Origin: Paragordius varius
Taxonomy: Eukaryota; Animalia; Nematomorpha
Reading direction: 5' to 3'
Length of the DNA: 64,000 nt
Assembly (NCBI GenBank): GCA_964247055.1
Contig: OZ176059.1
Location: 3,641,730-3,705,729, forward strand
How positions within the stretch are numbered: position 1 is the first letter of the stretch; every line of letters begins with the position of its first letter. The position numbers and the translations under genes were made by a program. A model generated the notes under the pieces. That model did not search any database. It saw only the letters and a program-made list of their open reading frames with translations, and had not been told where the DNA came from. Positions 57,801 through 64,000 of the stretch are shown piece by piece.

Positions 57801-60085
57801 TAAACATTGCATTATTTGCGGTAGATTGTTGAATCCAAAAATACTTTTAAGATGGATTCTAAAATAAAAATAATTAATAATGCGACAAGCAAGTATCAAT
57901 TTAGGATGAATACGTATTGAAGTTAAAATAAAAGACCAATGTTTTAGTTGTAAAATTATATTCAAAATCCTGCATATAGACTCAACAATCAAATAAGATT
58001 CATTAACCAAATTAAAACGTATTTATTCATTGTGTTAAACATTGCATTATTTGCGGTCGATTGTTGAATCCAAAAATACTTTTAAGATGGATTCTAAAAT
58101 AAAAATAATCAATAATGCGACAAGCAAGTATCAATTTAAGATGAATACGTGTTTAAGCTCAAAAAAAGACCAATTTAACCTATGAGATTAATTTTAAATC
58201 TTTCAGATAGACTCTACAAATCGAAAAAGAATTGGTTACGTGCATTATTTAAGGTTGATTGTTGAATTAAAATCATTATAACAATTCAATAATGTTAAGA
58301 GCAAGTATCATTTTAAGACAAATACGTTAAGCTCAAATAAAAGACCAATTTTACCTATAAGATTAATTTTAAATCTTTCACATAGACTCTACAAATCAAA
58401 AATGAATTGGTTACGTGCATTATTTAAGGTTGATTGTTGAATCAAAATCATTATGAATATGAATTCTATACAACAATTCAATAATGTTAAGAGCAAGTAT
58501 CATTTTAAGACAAATACGTATTCAAGCTCAAATAAAAGACCAATTTAACCTATGAGATTAATTTTAAATCTTTCAGATAGACTCTACAAATCAAAAAACA
58601 GTTGGTTACGTGCATTATTTAAGGTTGATTTTGGAATCAAAATCATTATGAATATGAATTCTATACAACAATTCAATAATGTTAAGAGCAAGTATCATTT
58701 TAAGACAAATACGTATTTAAGCTCAAATAAAAGACCAATTTTACCTATAAGATTAATTTTAAATCTTTCACATAGACTCTACAAATCAAAAAAGAGTTGG
58801 TTATGTGCATTATTTAAGGTTGATTGTTGAATCAAAATCATTATGAATATGAATTCTATACAACAATTCAATAATGTTAAGAGCAAGTATCATTTTAAGA
58901 AAATACGTATTTAAGCCTAAATAAAAGACCATTGTTTTTACCTATAAGATTATTTTTAAAATCCCGCACATAGACTTTACAAATCAAAAAAGAATCAGTT
59001 ACGTGCATTATTCAAGGTTGATTGTTAAAATAGAATTCTATAATATAAGAAATGAATAATGTGAAGCGCAAGTATCATTTTAAAATGACAAATACGTATT
59101 TAAGCTTTAATAAAAGACCAATGTTTTTACCTGTAAGATTATTTTTAAATCCTTCACATAGACTCAACAAATCAAAAAAGAATCAGTTACGTGCATTATT
59201 CAAGGTTGATTGTTAAAATAGAATTCTATAATATAAGAAATGAATAATGTGAAGCGCAAGTATCATTTTAAAATGACAAATACATATTTAAGCTTAAATA
59301 AAAGACCAATGTTTTTACCTGTAAGATTATTTTTAAATCCTTCACATAGACTCAACAAATCAAAAAAGAATCAGTTACGTGCATTATTTAAGGTTGATTC
59401 TTAAAATAGAATTCTATAATATAAGAAATGAATAATGTGAGCGCAAGTATCATTTTAAAATGACAAATACGTATTGCTCAAATAAAAGACCAATTTTACC
59501 GATAAGATTAATTTTAAATCTTTCACATAGACTCTACAAATCAAAAAAGAGTTGGTTACGTGCATTATTTTTTTAGTTGTAAAATTATATTCAAAATCCT
59601 GCATATAGACTCAACAATCAAATAAGATTCATTAACCAAATTAAAACGTATTTATTCATTGTGTTAAACATTGCATTATTTGCGGTAGATTGTTGAATCC
59701 AAAAATACTTTTAAGATGGATTCTAAAATAAAAATAATTAATAATGCGACAAGCAAGTATCAATTTAGGATGAATACGTATTGAAGTTAAAATAAAAGAC
59801 CAATGTTTTAGTTGTAAAATTATATTCAAAATCCTGCATATAGACTCAACAATCAAATAAGATTCATTAACCAAATTAAAACGTATTTATTCATTGTGTT
59901 AAACATTGCATTATTTGCGGTCGATTGTTGAATCCAAAAATACTTTTAAGATGGATTCTAAAATAAAAATAATCAATAATGCGACAAGCAAGTATCAATT
60001 TAAGATGAATACGTGTTTAAGCTCAAAAAAAGACCAATTTAACCTATGAGATTAATTTTAAATCTTTCAGATAGACTCTACAAAT
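54850..60085. repeat. 1864-bp higher-order repeat, ~2.8 copies, each with one 2-unit 235-bp cassette (55843-56311, 57707-58175, 59571-60039)
   Basis: Private marker AAAAAACAGTTGG with the C at 54871, 56735 and 58599. ORFs at 55928/57792/59656 are 1864 bp apart. Confidence 0.93.
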
Positions 60086-61456
60086 CAAAAAAGAATTGGT
60101 TACGTGCATTATTTAAGGTTGATTGTTGAATCAAAATCATTATGAATATGAATTCTATACAACAATTCAATAATGTTAAGAGCAAGTATCATTTTAAGAC
60201 AAATACGTATTTAAGCTCAAATAAAAGACCAATTTAACCTATGAGATTAATTTTAAATCTTTCACATAGACTCTACAAATCAAAAATGAATCAGTTACGT
60301 GCATTATTTAAAAATTGTTGAATCATAAAATAGAATTATATAATATAAGAAATCAATAATGTTAAGCGCAAGTATCATTTTAAGACAAATACGTATTTAA
60401 GCTCAAATAAAAGACCAATTTTACCTATTTTAAATCTTTCACATAGACTCTACAAATCAAAAAAGAATTGGTTCGTGCATTATTTAAGGTTGATTGTTGA
60501 ACAAAATCATTATGAATATGAATTCTATACAACAATTCAATAATGTTAAGAGCAAGTATCATTTTAAGAAAATACGTATTTAAGCCTAAATAAAAGACCA
60601 TTGTTTTTACCTATAAGATACTTTTTAAAATCCCGCACATAGACTTTACAAATCAAAAAAGAATCAGTTACGTGCATTATTCAAGGTTGATTGTTAAAAT
60701 AGAATTCTATAATATAAGAAATGAATAATGTGAAGCGCAAGTATCATTTTAAAATGACAAATACATATTTAAGATCAAATAAAAGACCAATATTTTTACC
60801 TGTAAGATTATTTTTAAATCCTTCACATAGACTCTACAAATCAAAAAAGAGTTGGTTACGTGCATTATTTAAGGTTGATTTTGGAATCAAAATCATTATG
60901 AATATGAATTCTATACAACAATTCAATAATGTTAAGAGCAAGTATCATTTTAAGACAAATACGTATTTAAGCTCAAATAAAAGACCAATTTTACCTATAA
61001 GATTAATTTTAAATCTTTCACATAGCTACAAATTAAAAATGAATTGGTTACGTGCATTATTTAAGGTTGATTGTTGAATCAAAATCATTATGAATATGAA
61101 TTCTATACAACAATTCAATAATGTGAAGCGCAAGTATCATTTTAAAATGACAAATACGTATTTAAGCTTAAATAAAAGACCAATGTTTTTACCTGTAAGA
61201 TTATTTTTAAATCCTTCACATAGACTCAACAAATCAAAAAAGAATCAGTTACGTGCATTATTCAAGGTTGATTGTTAAAATAGAATTCTATAATATAAGA
61301 AATGAATAATGTGAAGCGCAAGTATCATTTTAAAATGACAAATACATATTTAAGCTTAAATAAAAGACCAATGTTTTTACCTGTAAGATTATTTTTAAAT
61401 CCTTCACATAGACTCAACAAATCAAAAAAGAATCAGTTACGTGCACTATTTAAGGG

Positions 61457-63406
61457 TTTGGGTTAGGGTTAGGGTTAGGGTTAGGGTTAGGGTTAGGGTT
61501 AGGGTTAGGGTTAGGGTTAGGGTTAGGGTTAGGGTTAGGGTTAGGGTTAGGGTTAGGGTTAGGGTTAGGGTTAGGGTTAGGGTTAGGGTTAGGGTTAGGG
61601 TTAGGGTTAGGGTTAGGGTTAGGGTTAGGGTTAGGGTTAGGGTTAGGGTTAGGGTTAGGGTTAGGGTTAGGGTTAGGGTTAGGGTTAGGGTTAGGGTTAG
61701 GGTTAGGGTTAGGGTTAGGGTTAGGGTTAGGGTTAGGGTTAGGGTTAGGGTTAGGGTTAGGGTTAGGGTTAGGGTTAGGGTTAGGGTTAGGGTTAGGGTT
61801 AGGGTTAGGGTTAGGGTTAGGGTTAGGGTTAGGGTTAGGGTTAGGGTTAGGGTTAGGGTTAGGGTTAGGGTTAGGGTTAGGGTTAGGGTTAGGGTTAGGG
61901 TTAGGGTTAGGGTTAGGGTTAGGGTTAGGGTTAGGGTTAGGGTTAGGGTTAGGGTTAGGGTTAGGGTTAGGGTTAGGGTTAGGGTTAGGGTTAGGGTTAG
62001 GGTTAGGGTTAGGGTTAGGGTTAGGGTTAGGGTTAGGGTTAGGGTTAGGGTTAGGGTTAGGGTTAGGGTTAGGGTTAGGGTTAGGGTTAGGGTTAGGGTT
62101 AGGGTTAGGGTTAGGGTTAGGGTTAGGGTTAGGGTTAGGGTTAGGGTTAGGGTTAGGGTTAGGGTTAGGGTTAGGGTTAGGGTTAGGGTTAGGGTTAGGG
62201 TTAGGGTTAGGGTTAGGGTTAGGGTTAGGGTTAGGGTTAGGGTTAGGGTTAGGGTTAGGGTTAGGGTTAGGGTTAGGGTTAGGGTTAGGGTTAGGGTTAG
62301 GGTTAGGGTTAGGGTTAGGGTTAGGGTTAGGGTTAGGGTTAGGGTTAGGGTTAGGGTTAGGGTTAGGGTTAGGGTTAGGGTTAGGGTTAGGGTTAGGGTT
62401 AGGGTTAGGGTTAGGGTTAGGGTTAGGGTTAGGGTTAGGGTTAGGGTTAGGGTTAGGGTTAGGGTTAGGGTTAGGGTTAGGGTTAGGGTTAGGGTTAGGG
62501 TTAGGGTTAGGGTTAGGGTTAGGGTTAGGGTTAGGGTTAGGGTTAGGGTTAGGGTTAGGGTTAGGGTTAGGGTTAGGGTTAGGGTTAGGGTTAGGGTTAG
62601 GGTTAGGGTTAGGGTTAGGGTTAGGGTTAGGGTTAGGGTTAGGGTTAGGGTTAGGGTTAGGGTTAGGGTTAGGGTTAGGGTTAGGGTTAGGGTTAGGGTT
62701 AGGGTTAGGGTTAGGGTTAGGGTTAGGGTTAGGGTTAGGGTTAGGGTTAGGGTTAGGGTTAGGGTTAGGGTTAGGGTTAGGGTTAGGGTTAGGGTTAGGG
62801 TTAGGGTTAGGGTTAGGGTTAGGGTTAGGGTTAGGGTTAGGGTTAGGGTTAGGGTTAGGGTTAGGGTTAGGGTTAGGGTTAGGGTTAGGGTTAGGGTTAG
62901 GGTTAGGGTTAGGGTTAGGGTTAGGGTTAGGGTTAGGGTTAGGGTTAGGGTTAGGGTTAGGGTTAGGGTTAGGGTTAGGGTTAGGGTTAGGGTTAGGGTT
63001 AGGGTTAGGGTTAGGGTTAGGGTTAGGGTTAGGGTTAGGGTTAGGGTTAGGGTTAGGGTTAGGGTTAGGGTTAGGGTTAGGGTTAGGGTTAGGGTTAGGG
63101 TTAGGGTTAGGGTTAGGGTTAGGGTTAGGGTTAGGGTTAGGGTTAGGGTTAGGGTTAGGGTTAGGGTTAGGGTTAGGGTTAGGGTTAGGGTTAGGGTTAG
63201 GGTTAGGGTTAGGGTTAGGGTTAGGGTTAGGGTTAGGGTTAGGGTTAGGGTTAGGGTTAGGGTTAGGGTTAGGGTTAGGGTTAGGGTTAGGGTTAGGGTT
63301 AGGGTTAGGGTTAGGGTTAGGGTTAGGGTTAGGGTTAGGGTTAGGGTTAGGGTTAGGGTTAGGGTTAGGGTTAGGGTTAGGGTTAGGGTTAGGGTTAGGG
63401 TTAGGG
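61457..63406 (+). repeat. Telomere, (TTAGGG)n; 324 perfect repeats at 61463-63406
   Basis: Uninterrupted TTAGGG for 1944 bp after one TTTGGG unit. The G-rich strand is the + strand, so this is a right chromosome end. Confidence 0.99.
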
Positions 63407-63832
63407 TTGGGATTAGGGTTAGGGTTAGGGTAGGGTTAGGGTTAGGGTGTAGGTTAGGGTTAGGGTTAGGGTTAGGGTTAGGGTTAGGGTTAGGGTTAGG
63501 GTAGGGTTAGGGTTGGTGGTATGTAGGGTTAGGGTTAGGGTTAGGGTTAGGGTTAGGGTTGGGTTAGGGTTTGGGGTTAGGGTTAGGGTTGGGTTGGGGT
63601 TGGGGTTGGGGTTAGGGTTAGGGGTAGGGTTAGGGTTAGGGTTAGGGGGTGGGGTTGGGGTTAGGGTTGGGTGAGGGTTAGGGGTTGGGTGAGGGGTGGG
63701 GGAGGGTAGGTTAGGGTTAGGGGGAGGGGGGGTTGGGTAGGGTTAGGGTTAGGGGTGTGGTGGGGTTGGGGGTGGGGGTGGGGGTGGGGGTGGGTAGATA
63801 GGGCGTGAGGGGAAGAAGAAGAGGAGGGTGGT
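63407..63832 (+). repeat. Degenerate telomeric/G-rich tail (probably low-coverage consensus)
   Basis: TTAGGG progressively decays to TTGGG, TAGGG, TGGGGG and G-runs, then GAAGAAGAAG. Confidence 0.7.
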
Positions 63833-64000
63833 AAGTTAAAAGTTAAAGTTCAAGTTAAAGTTAAAGTTAAAGTTAAAGTTAAAGTTAAGTTACAGTAAAG
63901 TTAAAGTTAAAGTTAAGTTAAGTTAAGTTAAGTTAAAGTTAAAGTTAAAGTTAAAGTTAAAGTTAAAGTTAAAGTTAAAGTTAAAGTTAAAGTTAACGTT
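63833..64000 (+). repeat. (TTAAAG)n / (TTAAG)n terminal tract, probably miscalled telomere
   Basis: Hexamer-period repeat that retains TTA, at the very end of the window and distal to the telomere. Confidence 0.6.

Larger units (their letters stand above)
53802..61456. repeat. Subtelomeric satellite, distal part
   Basis: Same monomer family and orientation as 1-51357, running directly into the telomere. Confidence 0.98.

Noticed and set aside
1464-61278. Dozens of 60-118 aa ORFs (MNMNSIQQF..., MVNESYLIV..., MHVTDSFLI..., MGGILKCNL...)
   Set aside because: They are chance open frames of the satellite monomers. They recur with the repeat period, are freely broken by 1-bp indels and have no recognisable domain.
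1-61456. CRISPR-like array or antigenic-variation cassette system
   Set aside because: There are no unique spacers. The variable segments are a few recurring homologous alleles, no cas or expression-site gene is present, and the context is a eukaryotic telomere.
61441-63504. 687-aa CDS
   Set aside because: This is the translation of the telomeric repeat with a GTG start only. It is not evidence of a gene.
63990-64000. Terminal palindrome GTTAAC/AACGTT as a hairpin end
   Set aside because: It is only 6 bp, lies in a likely artefactual tract at the window edge and cannot be supported.

Overview
This window is the right-hand end of a eukaryotic chromosome and contains no convincing protein-coding or RNA gene. 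Bases 1-61456 are an AT-rich (~25% GC) head-to-tail subtelomeric satellite of roughly 300 monomers of ~188-195 bp. The array has nested higher-order repeats and 12 embedded cassettes of a diverged 235-bp monomer. It is interrupted once, at 51358-53801, by a 2444-bp non-autonomous foldback-type DNA transposon flanked by a TAA target-site duplication, with ~1-kb inverted arms around a 463-bp spacer. Both ends of the element start with the exact V(D)J recombination-signal heptamer CACAGTG. The homologous subterminal block lies 11 bp further in on the left end than on the right, giving a 23/12-like spacer geometry. This is the most striking observation, although the RSS nonamer is not conserved and the 3-bp TSD fits a Chapaev/CMC element better than Transib/ProtoRAG. 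The satellite joins 324 perfect TTAGGG repeats (61463-63406) at a telomere-like motif of the monomer. The last ~600 bp degrade into G-rich and then (TTAAAG)n sequence, probably a long-read basecalling artefact. The host species cannot be determined from the sequence alone.
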